Assembly (NCBI GenBank): GCA_951804945.1
Contig: OX638154.1
Span: forward strand, 99,758,001-99,822,000
Source of the DNA: Podarcis cretensis
Lineage: Eukaryota
Length of the DNA stretch: 64,000 nt
Reading direction: 5' to 3'
Both the position numbers and the translations under genes were made by a program. The notes below the pieces were generated by a model. That model had not been told where the DNA came from. It made no database searches and saw only the letters and a program-made list of their open reading frames with translations. Shown here piece after piece: positions 1-13,150 of this stretch; position 1 is the stretch's first letter; the number at the start of each line of letters is the position of its first letter.

Positions 1-987
1 GCCAATAGACAAGGGCCACCTTCAAGGAAAAGGGCTGTGCTAGAATTCTTCTTCCTGCCATCTGCTGTCCTTTATTTGAGGAATCTTATTCATGGAGCAT
101 TTCATCACTCGAACCGCCACCTGCCACTGGAAGTGCTGCAGTCCAGACTCAAGTTGCCACCTCAGTGAAAGCTAGACTTTTGCTTTATGTATTTAATAGG
201 ACACCAGGGTCTTGTGGCTTTGCTGGTCTGATTTATGTAGAAGCTGAACATTCTACAACCCGCAGCCCATAGAGAGATATGGAAACACTGCTTTTAAATA
301 AATGAAATTATGTACACAAAGCCCAGGTTATAACTCAGATCAGCAAAAGAGAGCGGGGGGGTGGGGTGGGGTGGAGTCTGCTGCTTCCTACAATTGACAA
401 GCAAATCATAAGCTGCTTTCTAAACTCCCTCAATTGCAGTGGACAGACAGCTGGATATTGAACTTCTCAAAAACACCATATAACTAAATAACTAGCAGCG
501 CATTTCATGCTCTTTTGCCTCACAGAATGTTCAGGATTTTTGTGTGCATGGGCTTAGCCTATTCTGAGCTGTGCCAACAAGAATCAAAATAGTTTGTTTT
601 ACATTGTATTGGGGCAAAAGGTTGTTCTTGTCTAAGTATATGCACCACTGGGTGGGGGGGGGACACACACACCATATAACTGCCAAGTATTAAATTATGG
701 ATTATTGCAGCTTCAATATAGGATAAGTCCTGATTTGAGTGTGTAGGTTGGAAACCGTTAGATGGTTAACACATGTTGCATATTTTACTTCAGATTACTT
801 CATCTAGATAACATTGTTTTAGTCTGGGGTGGAGGGACTATAGAAATAATATACTATTGTGATTGCCTTTGCCTATTCTAGGATCCTGGTCCCTCCCTAT
901 TTAAGGGCCTAGTTTGAAGAACAAATAGTGCAGTTTTTGTGTTGATTTGCTTTTTAATAGTACCTTGATCTCATTTTGTACACACAG

Positions 988-1105
988 GTTCCCTCAGCAC
1001 TCAGTGTGACAACTATGGGCGGTGCAGTTGTAAGCCTGGTGTGATGGGCGACAAATGTGATAGATGTCAGCCCGGCTTCCACTCTCTCACAGAGGCTGGT
1101 TGCAG
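988..1105 (+). CDS. LAMC1: Laminin gamma-1 exon 6 (LE repeat, [40 protein letters not shown]); upstream exons lie outside the window
   Basis: cacacag|GT acceptor, AG|gtaaac donor; 118 nt; laminin EGF-like Cys spacing. Confidence 0.96.
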
Positions 1106-1370
1106 GTAAACGTTGACTGACCCTAGATCAATATATAGATGAAAGTAGTGGCTGTGACAGAATGTGCAACAGGGATGAGGAACCTCCTGGTGTTGCTGGG
1201 CTGCAGCTCTCATCATTCCTGACCGCTGGCCAAGATGGCTGGGGGCTGGTGAGAGTTGTGGTCCATCCATATCTGCAGGGCCTCAGGTCCCCTTCCTGAT
1301 ATATTACCTGGAAACTTGGTTTCCTTCTTCTCCTCAGTGCTCTGACTGGACTGCTTTGCTTCTCTTCCAG

Positions 1371-1469
1371 GCGGTGTTCTTGCAATCCTGCTGGCAGTAT
1401 GGACGAGTGCAACATGGACACAGGCCGTTGTACCTGCAAAGACAACGCTGAGGGCTTCAACTGTGAAAG
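1371..1469 (+). CDS. LAMC1: LAMC1 exon 7 (RCSCNPAGSMDECNMDTGRCTCKDNAEGFNCER)
   Basis: ttccag| acceptor, AG|gtagtg donor; 99 nt; in phase with flanking exons. Confidence 0.96.
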
Positions 1470-2438
1470 GTAGTGTGGTTTGCATTACGTCACAGGATTT
1501 TGAATGTGGGACTTGACCCACTTGTTGCTCTTTGCCTTTCTGCGCTTTGTAGGGCTCAGAGCAGTGTACAAGAGGGATGATCCCTTTTTTATCCTTACAA
1601 AAAATCCATGATGCAGATCAAGCTTAGGAGATGGCTGCTTTTTGAAAGGCTTCCTAATGAATCTGATGGTTGAGAGCAGCTCCTGACGTTTCAGTCCATT
1701 TCTCACAAAGAGCAGGTGGGGTAATAAATTGGCACCTGTCCTGGGATTGAGTGAAAAGATTTCACCTGAGAATGTTGGGCTCAGTTTTTGTTGGGGAGAT
1801 GGAAGAGAAATTTGGGCCACTGAAATGAGGCCATTTTGCCAATTGAGAATTAAATTGGTAGAGATTCACTTGGCAGCAGTGGCTTTTTTTACCCTTCTCA
1901 ACTTGCAGCAGTTCTTATGCTGTTAGTGAGAACAAGCCCTTTAGGGCTCAGTAACGTTTGTTGTGGAACGCGCTGTTGTTATCCTAGCAAAAGCACAGGG
2001 TGAATTTGATTATCTATGACAGGTGCATGTCTTTAGACACCCCCTTGTATCCTTGTGCAGAGGTTGGGTCGCAGCTCTCCAACAGAACATGGATATAGCC
2101 ATGGAAATAACAATTGCCGTATAAAGTGGGGAATGGTTCTGAGTAGGGATTAGAGTCCAGCTTTTCCGGGTCAAAGACCAGCATCTATCTGCTGCACCAC
2201 AGAAGAAAGACAATCTCTAGCAATACTTTTTCAGGATGCTGGCTGTTATTTTACCAGAATGGAAGACTTACTCAAATTTAGTGTGAAGTTCTGCCACAAA
2301 GTGGTCTAGCTTGACTGTAAGAAATATTGTGGATGCAGCTCTGTGGCCCAGTTAAATGAAACTCTTAAAGATGTGAAGGCAGAAGATCAATGTGGGAGAT
2401 GGATTAGAAGTGCTTAGTGGTTTTTTACTTTATTTTAG

Positions 2439-2575
2439 GTGTAAACCTGGCTTTTTTAACCTGGATCCCGCCAACCCAAGGGGATGCACTCCCTGCTTTT
2501 GTTTTGGGCACTCATCTGTCTGTACCAATGCTGTTGGATACAGCATCTACCGAATTACCTCCAGCTTTCAGTATG
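2439..2575 (+). CDS. LAMC1: LAMC1 exon 8 ([45 protein letters not shown])
   Basis: ttttag| acceptor, G|gtaagt donor; 137 nt; inside ORF 2392..2625. Confidence 0.97.
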
Positions 2576-2818
2576 GTAAGTGCAAGTTTCAATCTAACTT
2601 GAACAACTCCTGCCCTATACCTTAAAAGCTTTAACATTTTCTTTTCACAAGATAGAGACTGCTGCCTGATTCCAGCTGCACTGCAGTAGAACATGGTTTG
2701 TGTTGCAGAAAATATAAATTAAATTATAAAATGATAAGGTTACATCAAGAAAAGCACAGGCTATGCAGCAAATTAGTTTGGCAGTGCTTAAGTTGCAGTT
2801 TCTTTTTGTGGCTTTCAG

Positions 2819-2941
2819 GAGAGGAGGACTGGCATGCAGAACAGCAAGATGGCTCTGAAATCTCAGTTCAGTGGATTAGTGAGACTCAAGAAATATCTGT
2901 GATCTCAGAAACTCCCTTTCCCATCTACTTCATTGCACCAG
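2819..2941 (+). CDS. LAMC1: LAMC1 exon 9 (L4 domain start, EEDWHAEQQDGSEISVQW...PIYFIAP)
   Basis: tttcag| acceptor, G|gtatat donor; 123 nt. Confidence 0.96.
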
Positions 2942-3056
2942 GTATATAACAAGAGTGGCATGGTTATTTGCATGGACCAGTAGCGTGCTAATATTTACAA
3001 CTAAACTCCCTGCCTTTACCATTCCTTGGATGTGGACTTTGTTGCTTCCCTTTCAG

Positions 3057-3246
3057 GCAAGTTCCTTGGGAATCAAATCTTGAGTTACGGCCAAAACGTG
3101 ACATTCTCTTTTCGGGTCGATAGGCGGGACACACGCCTTTCTGCGGAGGACATAGTGCTTGAAGGTGCTGGCCTGAGAGTATCCGTACCTCTGATTGCTC
3201 AAGGCAACTCCTATCCCAGTGAGAGCACCCTGAAGTATGCCTTCAG
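3057..3246 (+). CDS. LAMC1: LAMC1 exon 10 (L4 domain, KFLGNQILSYGQNVTFSFRVDRRDTRLSAED...KYAFR)
   Basis: tttcag| acceptor, AG|gtgagg donor; 190 nt. Confidence 0.97.
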
Positions 3247-4435
3247 GTGAGGGCATGTGTATTGTGTTTTTCTAATCTGGGGAAGTTCAAGGTTGATTGA
3301 AGGAGCAGCAAATGGCTTTAACCAGAATCTAACGCAGCACAAAATGTTTCTTTAAAGAGAGTGCAGTTTTGGATTGGAATTCTAGCTGTGGCCAGCTATG
3401 AATTACTTAGCTTAAATCATTGATAAAAGCTGCCTGCAAAAACTCTGGGAACAATGAGATTGTGTTTTTTCCCCCAACAATTTGAAGTTGGCTCATAATT
3501 ATTGTGCATGCATGTCTCTGTTCTAGATGTAGGCATGTTATTCCCAATGCCACTTGGCAGGCAGTATCCTGCATATTAAGAGGGGGGTTTTTCCTTGTAT
3601 CTGAGTGGATGAAGAATACCTATTTTAATACAGCTCTATGCACCGTTTTTTAAAAAGTAATTTGTATTAAAAATAATGCTACTTTAAAAATGTCTGCTGC
3701 CAATTTAATTATGCAGTAGATTTTTAACTGATTACTCTAACCAATTGTCTGATGTTTGTAGCCCAAACAATATGGCAGCATCACTTAAGAGAGCTACACT
3801 TTCGAGGCTAAAAAGTGTGAAGCTCTGATTTTTTTGGGGAAAGGAGGGGTTATGATCCAGCCAGAGTTGAGCACTTTTGAAATCCTGTTAATTGGGGAGA
3901 GTTAAGAGTTAATTGGGGAGAGTTAAGAGTGCACCCAACTTTTCCCTTTCAACCCGTGTGTCTGCAGGTGCTTGCTTCATTTTTTGTGGGATCATGTCTA
4001 AATTTTGTTTGAGGACACACGTTCATATTTTCAGCTTAAAATGGACTGAGTGTTTTATCCCACATGGTTATTAATAAAAGGTTAATTCAGACTGTATTCT
4101 AAAAACATTCTTAAAAACATTATAGCTTCATCCTGTATTGGTTTGTTGTTTTTCCTGTCCTTCCTCTGAATAGCTCAGGGCAGCTTATGTTTTAGACCCA
4201 GCTTTGATTCAACAGAACTAGCCCCCTGGGTCTTCAGACCACCTTCTCTGACTATCTCAATGTGGATAGTTTCTTGTCCTATTTATGGATGCATTTTGTT
4301 TCCAGCTCTTCAGGGCTGCCACCTTTCTTTCTCTTCACTGCCAATATAATGTTAAAAATGCAACTGGAACAAAGCATGCAAAATAGACCTGTCCTTGTGT
4401 GCATCGTTCCCCCTCAGGCTGAACCATTTGCTGTG

Positions 4436-4758
4436 CTAGGGCTTGCCGATCAGAAGGTCAGCGGTTCAAATCCCCACAACGGGGTGAGCTCTCGTTGCTT
4501 GGTCCCTGCTCCTGCCAACCTAGCAATTCGAAAGCACGTCAAAGTGCAAGTAGATAAATAGGTATTGCTCCAGGGGGAAGGTAAACGGCGTTTCCGTGTG
4601 CTGCTCTGGTTTGCCAGAAGCGGCTTAGTCATTCTGGCCACATGACCCGGAAGCTGTACGCCAGCTCCCTTGGCCAATAAAGTGAAATGAGCGCCGCAAC
4701 CCCAGAGTCATCCGCAACTGGACCTAATGGTCAGGGATCCCTTTACCCTTTACCTTTA
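4436..4758 (+). mobile_element. Sauria SINE, 5'-truncated
   Basis: B-box GGTTCAAATCC, body CGAAAGCACGTCAAAGTGCAAGTAGATAAATAGG, (ACCTTT)-type tail; homologous to three other copies in the window. Confidence 0.88.
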
Positions 4759-5199
4759 CACACTCTAATAGCTTTTTAAACATAGCTGTTACAACTTGAC
4801 AGTGGTGCCTATTTGAATGGGATGATGGAGGGATAGTGGGCTGCATGGCAGCTGCTGTGTGGGACTTTTGGGTGTTAATGGCTCTGGAAATCTTGGCTGG
4901 GCAGGCTAGAATGAGTGTGACCTCCTTCAAGCACTGCTGGCATGCCACTGCCAGGTGGGGGGGGGGGCAAAGAATGGGAAGTTGCTCCAGAACCTCTTAG
5001 CCTGGTGGGATGGAAAGGGAGAAACAGCCTAACCCTTTGCACTAATCCCTGGGTAGAGGCAAGTGCCCCCCGCCCCCCGCAAAATAATAATACAGCAACA
5101 CTGCACAGTTTCTTGAGTTGTCCTGTAGAAGGGGAATGACTAATCTCACAAGTGAATGCTTTAGAGGTTGAAAAGTGATGCATGTTTCTTCTCTGTTAG

Positions 5200-5312
5200 A
5201 CTCCATGAAGCTGCAGATTATCCCTGGAGACCTTCTCTTACCCCGTTTGAGTTCCAGAAGCTGCTGCACAACTTAACAGCAATCAAGATCCGTGGGACCT
5301 ACAGTGAGAGGA
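5200..5312 (+). CDS. LAMC1: LAMC1 exon 11 (LHEAADYPWRPSLTPFEFQKLLHNLTAIKIRGTYSER)
   Basis: tgttag| acceptor, A|gtaagt donor; 113 nt. Confidence 0.97.
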
Positions 5313-7132
5313 GTAAGTTGCCCCAGTGGTTGGATGATCGGGCTGAATGGGTGTCAAGCACGTTAGCCTCTTTGCATCAAGAAGGAGAGGAAAGAGGCCA
5401 GAGACTGGGAATTGCAAGCCTTCCAGATCTCGCTGGACTGCAGCTTCCACTGTCCCTGAGAACTGGGCCGGCTGACTGGGGCGGACGGGAGTTTGAGTCC
5501 AGCTGCATCTGATGGGACACAAGTTCCTCATCCCTGGAATATTGTCATTCAACTATTGTTGGATGATGGTAAATGTAGATTTGCTAAATTGCGGATATTT
5601 TCCAGTAATGTTTAAGTTTAGAAGAGTGCCAGAGGAAAATTCTTAACATTTTTCAGTAAATCTCAGAGCTGAATGAGCACTTATAATAAATGTCCAAATG
5701 CTGTTGTCACTGACCAGCAAATTACATTTTCCTGAGAATTTAACAGATCATCTTGATTTTGCCAACACCTCCCTGCTTTCCCATGTAAATTGCAGAACTT
5801 TCTGAATTATGTATTCATTAACCACCTGACAGAAGTTGCCCATAATGTAAAGCTATTCTGATACAATGCAGAAAGCATCTGTTAAATATGTCTAAAATGT
5901 ATGGAATTTGCAGAAGCATTGGTAAGTTACGTATGCTTTGGTGAATAGCTTTGCTGAAAGGGGGGAGGGAGAAATGCAGGAAAATTGTGGTGTAATTAAC
6001 ATTCCTTTCATTGCAAACATGCAGGGACACCTAGGGCTGTGGCTGAAGTCAGAGTTCGCTACTCAAAATGTAAACATCCTTCCATCAAAATATAGTCCCA
6101 TAAAATTGTTTTATACATGAAGCAGAGCCCTTCCTAAGGGCAATTTTAGGGCATGACTTTCAGCAATGAGCCAGTTAGAGGAGCTCTGGAGTTTTGCTGG
6201 GAGCTCTCACAACAAATGTTTATAAAGGATGAATTAAAAAGTTAGGCTGGGCCAAGAGATCAGCCAGTCCATCTGCGAAGGGGCGGTAGCTGTGGGGGCT
6301 CTTTCCTGACCATATAAGCCGAAGGAATGGTGTGTGCAAATACATTTTATGGTAGTGAAAGCTGCATTCTTTACCCACTCCCATGCTTTTACAAGGAGGG
6401 TTTTTTGGCAAGTTGCCATCTCTGCTTGCCTGTTAGCTCTGCTGTGCAAAGGCATCTCCCTGCTTTGGTCTCTCAGCATCACATGGAGGCCCAGGGCAGA
6501 TGTAGGGCTGCTTCCCTGAGCACCTGCACTTGCAGATCAGGAGCCAGCCGCAGAGATGCACCTTCCCTCCTGCCATCTCTGGAGCAGTTCCACTTGCCAG
6601 CATTAACTGTGGTTTCATATTACATGTGCCTGCATGCAAATCAGGAACTAGAGAATAAAAGCTATGGTTTTGAGCAGATTTGTGAAGCATAGATATGAGG
6701 GACCTTTGCTTCACATCTCATGCAAAATGATAAGCAGGATAGGAGGCAGAACTGGTCTAGGGAGTGCAGGAGGAAGTGGGATGGAGTGTTCCTGGCCCCT
6801 GGTGCAGTTGGTAGCAAACAAGTTGTTTTTTCTGCACATTACATAATGGGTCCCTTGTGCTCATAAGATTTACCAACCTTGTGGACTGTATCAGGAACAA
6901 ATTCGTATCACAGAGCCTGAATGGTATTGAAGAGGGATCTAGTCCCGTTCCCTTTCCTCAGTCAGGAGCCTATGCAAACTAATGCATTTGAGTGGCACAA
7001 ATAGAGTGCAACTGACTGTGCACTGTAGCCACATATAATTCGGCTGGTTGAAGTAAATAAAGCTTTGTTGTAGGCTGCCCAGAATGGCTGAGGAAACCCA
7101 GCCAGATGCGTGGGGTGTTATCGTTGTTGCTG

Positions 7133-7181
<49 letters not shown>

Positions 7182-7200
7182 ATCATCACCATCACCATCA
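7133..7200. repeat. (TTG)n microsatellite followed by (ATC/ACC)n, probably an element tail
   Basis: Read directly; source of the poly-Asn pseudo-ORF 6939..7217. Confidence 0.95.
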
Positions 7201-7496
7201 TGCGGTGTAGGCCACATTCTTATGGCTGCTAGTCAGATTCACCTGAGAGAAAAATAGTTCCTGGCCTTAAATATGGTCGTCATTTAGACTCTCCAAGAAT
7301 GAGCTAATACTCCACCCACAGAGAACTCTCAGAATCAGTTTTTTTTTTTTTAAATGTTATACACACACACACACACGTACGTATACAGCATCAGTAAAAA
7401 ATATAAGGTTTATAGTTCAACTTGGGACTTGGCTACTTTAGTAAAGAAAAAGTGTTTTATATGTGTTATAACACTGTGACACCAGATGACACTGGT

Positions 7497-7629
7497 GCAT
7501 AGGCAAACTCGGCCCTCTAGATGTTTTGGGACTACAACTCCCATCATCCCTAGCTAACAGAACCAGTGGTCAGGGATGATGGAAGTTGTAGTCCCCAATC
7601 ATGTGGAGGGCCGAGTTTGCCTATGCCTG
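7497..7629. mobile_element. Palindromic hAT-type MITE (GGGACTACAA..CCCATCA family)
   Basis: Near-complete fold-back GCATAGGCAAACTCGGCCCTC...GAGGGCCGAGTTTGCCTATGC; sister copy at 13834. Confidence 0.85.
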
Positions 7630-8182
7630 GTCTAGAACCAGCCTTGCAGTACACAAAATGTATAATTTGACATGGATGAATTAGAAAGGTTTTTTTAAAC
7701 CAAAACCTAATAATTTGATTTATTTATATGCTATCTTCTAAGCAGAAACACATGGAAGATAATTTTGTTGACATTTAAACCATATGTTCACCTAGTGCAA
7801 CAGTGCTGCCAATAGTTACGGTCATTTCTAATCCCTCATAGGAAGGTTTGTAAAACAACCAAGGAATTAAGAATTGACTACGGGAGTCAAAAGTGTGGTG
7901 AAAGGAGCCACAGAATTTGCTGGTGGGGAAGTTGAAAGGATGGAGCTGGTTCCTTCCCTCCTCACTCTCATCCCACACGAGTCCTGGCCAGGGCCTTAGG
8001 GAGAAGGTCACCTAGAGAGTCACATCTGTCAGGCCCACAGCTGGAAATCTTGAACATGTGAACATGTGTTTTGTCTTGGACAGGATTCAGGCCCTTTGCT
8101 TCGAAAGCTGTTCTAAGCTTCTACACTGCTAATAGTTAATGATAGTCCCATTTGCCTGTATGAACCACATCTTTTCTTCCAG

Positions 8183-8404
8183 GTGCTGGATATTTGGATG
8201 ATGTCACTATTGTGAGCGCTCGGCCTGGGTCTGGAACACCAGCAACTTGGGTGGAGAGCTGTACGTGTCCCACAGGATACCTGGGGCAGTTCTGTGAACG
8301 ATGTGCCCAGGGCTACAGGAGGGAGACCCCTAATCTTGGGCCCTATAGTCCGTGTGTGCCTTGCTTCTGCAATGGGCACAGTGAAACGTGCAACCCTGAA
8401 TCGG
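8183..8404 (+). CDS. LAMC1: LAMC1 exon 12 (AGYLDDVTIVSARPG...CNGHSETCNPES)
   Basis: ttccag| acceptor, G|gtaaga donor; 222 nt. Confidence 0.97.
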
Positions 8405-9306
8405 GTAAGAGAGAGTGCTCAGATGCAGATGGTGTTGGGGTTTTAACTTTTTATTTTTGAGAATATGATGCTAGCCCAGGAAGTCTCATTGAATTGATAG
8501 CATTGGCAGCTGACCTGAGATTGAAAAAAGTACTTATTCACACAGCATGTAGTTGTCCTATGGCAGTTTCTCCCACAAGAGGGAGCGATGCCCACCAGCC
8601 TGGAATGTTGGTTCCTAGGAACTGCGCATGGGGACCCAGGAGCTGTTTGTGGGCTTTGCGCAAGCTTCTGGCTGGCCACTGGGAGAACAGGAAGCTGGGC
8701 TAGATGGGTCCCCTTTGGCCTGATCCAGCAGCCAGGCTCTTACACACTTACAGGCTCTTAGGTTCTTATGAGAACATTCTCTTATGAGAACGTTCTCTTA
8801 TGAGAACGTATTCATGCCACCCAACAACTGCTTTCCCAGGTGCATTGGTAGTACCTGATCACAGCAAAGAACAAGCCAGTAGCTCCCTCTTCTGGCAAGG
8901 TGCCTGTATCTGTTTCTCAGTCTCTAATTTGAGGCCTGTGGCACTTTACATAGATTTAAGCCAAGCAGCCAGAGTTGAAAGTTCTTCAGGACCATGACAG
9001 TGTTCACAGAGGAAATTCCCCTCTTCCTCATTGAGTTTTACTTTTCAGTTCTCTCTCCCTCCCCGCCCCCTTTGGTAATACTGTTCTTGGAATGGCAAGC
9101 GGTCAATGGAAAGACAAAGCCATAAGCGAAAAAATAAATCCAGCCCTGTGCCTTGTCCACACAGTAAAGTTTAAGCACATAATGTTTCTGGAAAAGGCCA
9201 TGTGCTGAGAAATTAGTCTGGGCCAGGAGAGATTCCGGTAAAGCAGTTGCCCACTGGCTGCATAGACTTGGGGAATAAACCGCCCTCTTTCTCCCACCTG
9301 AAACAG

Positions 9307-9495
9307 GAGCCTGTGACTGCAGGGACAACACAGCAGGTCCTCACTGTGAGAAGTGCAGCGATGGCTATTATGGAGACGCAACCACAGGCAGCTCTTCCGA
9401 CTGCCAGCCGTGTCCGTGTCCAGGGGGATCAAGCTGTGCCATAGTGCCCAAAACCAAGGAGGTGGTGTGCACCAGTTGCCCAGCTGGCACTACAG
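9307..9495 (+). CDS. LAMC1: LAMC1 exon 13 (ACDCRDNTAGPHCEKCSDGYYGDATTGSSSDCQPCPCPGGSSCAIVPKTKEVVCTSCPAGTT)
   Basis: aaacag| acceptor, G|gtatgc donor; 189 nt; translated by hand (not in the ORF track). Confidence 0.96.
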
Positions 9496-9749
9496 GTATG
9501 CTGCCATACATGAAGCTTCAGTTATGCGTATTCACATGCTACTTGCCAGAGGTCTCTTAAGGTGGGGAAATGGTCGAATGATGTTCCATACACTTTATTA
9601 CTTTTTTTAATACAGGGGTAGGGAACTTTTTACAGCTCAAGTTCCACATACCTTCACTGACAACTATCTGGGGGGTTGGCAGGGTCCAGAATGTGAAGGG
9701 AGCAATAGATGATGATGATTTATTTGATTTATATACTGCTCTTTTATCA

Positions 9750-10005
9750 GGGCCAGTGTGGTGCAGTGGTTAAGAGCGATAGACTTGCAATCTGGGGAAC
9801 CGGGTTCGCGTCTCCGCTCCTCCACCTGCAGCTGCTGGGTGACCTTGGGCTAGTCACACTTCTCTGAAGTCTCTCAGCCCCACTCACCTCACAGAGTGTT
9901 TGTTGTGGGGGAGGAAGGGAAAGGAGAATGCTAGCCGCTTTGAGACTCCTGAAGGGGAGTGATAAAGTGGGATATCAAATCCAAACTCTTCTTCTCTTCT
10001 TCTTC
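9750..10005 (+). mobile_element. tRNA-derived SINE, Squam3-like, with (CTT)n tail
   Basis: A box TGGTGCAGTGG, B box GGTTCGCGTCT, L2-like 3' end GCCGCTTTGAG...GGGATAT, (TCT)n tail. Confidence 0.8.
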
Positions 10006-10336
10006 AAAAGATCCCAAGCCAGTATATAACATTAAAAACACATTTTACAGGACATAAAAATAAAAACATAGACAAAGCTATGTTTATGATAATGAAATAA
10101 TCATCATAAAAGGTGCCCCCCCCACACCTTTAACAGACCATAGACTATATAATGGCCAAAGACCTGGGTGAAAGGATTGTTTTCATCTGGCTCCTAAGAC
10201 ATGCAGTGATGACGTCAGGGAAGTCACCACCAAAAAGGCCCGTTTCCATTTTGCCACCCTCTGAACCCCTCAGGGAGGGGGATATTGACAAGGACCTCCA
10301 ATGACAAGCACATGCTCTTACTTTTGTACATAAAAC

Positions 10337-11048
10337 CATAGAATCTTAGAATTGGAAGGGTCATCTCATCGAACCATCTGCAATGCAGGAAGCGCAACTG
10401 AAGCTCCCGGGACAGATGGCCATCCAACCTCTGCTTAAACCACCAAGGAAGGAGAGTCCACCACCTCTCCTGGGAGTCTGTTCCACTGCTGAACTCCTCT
10501 TACTGTCAGCTTTTCTGAATGTTTAGTCGGAATCTCCTTTCTTGGAACTTGAAGCCATTGCCTGGAGTCCTGCCCTCAGGAGCAGGAGAAAACAAGAATG
10601 CTTCCTCTTCTGTTTGACAGTCCTTCAGATATTTGAAGATGGCTATTATATCTCCCTCAGTCTCTTCTTTTCCAGGCTAAATATCCCCAACTCCTTCAAC
10701 CATTCCTCATAAGGCTTGGTTTCCAGACCCTCGATCATCTTGGTCACCCTCCTCTGCACATGGTCCAGCTTGTCAGCATCCTTCTTAAACTGTGGTGCCC
10801 AGAATTGGACACAGTATTCCAGATGTGGTCTGACCAAGGCAGAATAGAGCTGTACTACTACTTCCCTTGATCTGGACATTAGATTTCTGATGATGCAGTC
10901 TAGAATAGCATTCGCTTTTTTTGCTGCTGCATCACACTGTTGACTCATGTTAAGCTTGTGGTTCACCCCTAGATCCTTTTCATGTGTACTGCTAGTAAGC
11001 CAAGTGTCCCCCATCCTATGTTTGTGCATCTGGTTCTTCCTGCCTGGG
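10337..11048 (-). mobile_element. CR1 LINE 3' fragment (ORF2 C-terminus plus 3' UTR)
   Basis: ORF 10646..11197 contains [24 protein letters not shown], the CR1 ORF2 signature. Confidence 0.93.
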
Positions 11049-11214
11049 TATTGATTGACTGGGGAAATGGACTTTGCAGCCCATCTGAGGGTGATACCTT
11101 TGCTTAAGAACTGTGGATAATAGGTATCCAGGAAAGCTGAAGACAAACAAACACAAAAGAGGAACTGTCCCATTTGGTCACTGGCCTCATTGACCATTAC
11201 AGCAAGTAGAAGAC

Positions 11215-11250
<36 letters not shown>

Positions 11251-11731
11251 TCTCCTTCCTGTCTCAGTGAATTGCAAGGCAGTTTAGAATTGGCCCCCAG
11301 ATGAACTATTGGCTGATTCATCTGAGGAGAAGGCAGCCCCCCAAATAATTGTGCAACTTGTCTGCATTCCATGAATGAGCTTGTAAGAGTTGTGCAAGCC
11401 AACACAAAAAAATGTTTTCGATCTTAGTGTTGGCGGCTCCTTTGTATTTCTTATCAGCCCTAATAGCTATGATGCACCTGGACTCCTGTTTCTTTGAAGT
11501 TCAAGTCCCCCCCCCCCATTAATCTTTAGTTCTACCATATCAATTAATGGATAGATGAAAATAACGATAGCTTTCTGTACGGTGTCTGTGGCAGTTGCGA
11601 GAAGCCATTTGTCTGAATGTGCTCAAGAGGAGAGGAGAGGAGAGAGCCGTCTCCCGTCCCTTTCTAAAGATTCTCCCAACTGAAATACATTTTCTGTCCA
11701 CACAAGAACTAAAACATTCAAACATAAAACT

Positions 11732-11844
11732 CAGGGGTGTAGCCAGGAGCGGCGGTGGCGGGGGGGGGGGGGAGCAGCTGCCCCCCTAAATCAATACTAA
11801 TCTGAGGTTCTGCCCTCTTAACAAAAATCCTGGTTACGCCAATG
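11732..11844. mobile_element. hAT MITE
   Basis: Imperfect TIR CAGGGGTGTAGCCAGGA / TCCTGGTTACGCCAATG; perfect 8-bp TSD ATAAAACT (11724-31, 11845-52). Confidence 0.85.
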
Positions 11845-12820
11845 ATAAAACTCCTAGTCTATTGTGCCCTATAATACAAATATGAAACTAAAAGTGAACC
11901 TGTCCCGGTATCATCCTGACACTCCTCTACCCAAATGCTCGGCTGTTTATTTCTCCTTAGCATTTCCTGTTTTGCACTCTTTTGGTCTTTGTATGGATTA
12001 TAAATTTGATTATACCTGTTTGCTCTCCATCATGTTTCAGCAAATTCCTTTTCAGTTTAAGGTTTTTACCGTGGAAATGTTGCTTCACTTTTCAGCTCTG
12101 CTTTCTTTCTTTTAACTCCTTGATTTTTCAAGTCATGGGGTAAGGCTTCCCCCTTGTCAAGATGGCATATTTCTTCCTTCTCATCTTGTATTTTGCCCAA
12201 CCCCTTTATAGCTCTTAACTTTGGAATTTGTTGCCAGCCATAGTCTATTCAACTTAAATTTCTTCCCCTTTTCAAAAAGCATCTAAGTCTGCCCACAGAG
12301 CTGTCTTCTTTGTGCCATTTGCAACCATTCTTTGACATCAGTCTGCTGTTGCTTTTTCCTTTTGTAAGAAAATGACCAAGAAAGATGTTTTTAGCTTACA
12401 TTTAGTTTACTCACACATTGGATTTCCCCCAAAAATTCCTTTCTTCCTCCTGTCCCTTTTGGTTTTTCTCTTTTATTCCTCCTGCCTTCCCCATATTACC
12501 TTCACTCTTTTATAAGCCTTCAAGAAGGACCTTGTGCTTAAATCTCGGAACAATGCCTTCTCTGTTTTCAGTTCTTTACAAGTTGGCTTGTCTTAGTAGT
12601 ATACTATTTAATAATAGTATTTTATTCAGAGAGTTGGTGGCTGAATTTGGAAGCATGGTTTATTGAGATGGGAATGAGCCTGTGAAAATCTCAAGTTCTC
12701 TCTTGCTTCCCAGCCCTAGTGGAGAAGCCACGGGGGAGCTGTCATTTCCATTTTTGGTTAACCGGATTCAGCCAAACCATAAAAATTGCTACTGAACCCT
12801 AAACTGTGTTCAGTCTTAAC

Positions 12821-13150
12821 CAGGGCTTTTTTTTCATCCGGAAGTCACCGGAACAGAGTTCCGCAACCTCTTTGGTGCATTGCGGCACCTCATTGTAGCG
12901 CACTGGCAGCTGTCTAGCAGCACGTTGCCCAGAGCTGCGTGTCGGAGGCTTTGGGCTGCATGCCCCTCATGGCTGTGGGGCAGAGTGTTGGAAGCGGCGT
13001 TGTAATGCGGCCACAGTGATGCTAGCAGTGGGACAATTGGGCAGAGAAGCGCCCCCCCCCTAAAAAAAGGCTCTCTTAGGGTTGTCCATCAGAAAAGCTC
13101 AACAACGTTTTGGGAGTCCCTGCACCTGTTTTTTCTAGGGAAAAACACTG
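12821..13150. mobile_element. hAT non-autonomous element
   Basis: TIR CAGGGCTTTTT / AAAAACACTG; perfect 8-bp TSD GTCTTAAC (12813-20, 13151-58). Confidence 0.85.

Noticed and set aside
3887-3928. Perfect 21-bp tandem duplication
   Set aside because: Simple local duplication in an intron with no sign of function
8762-8809. Three tandem semi-palindromic TCTTATGAGAAC units, superficially an operator or array
   Set aside because: No spacers; best explained as slippage of the (TTCTTATG) tail of the adjacent degenerate CR1-tailed element
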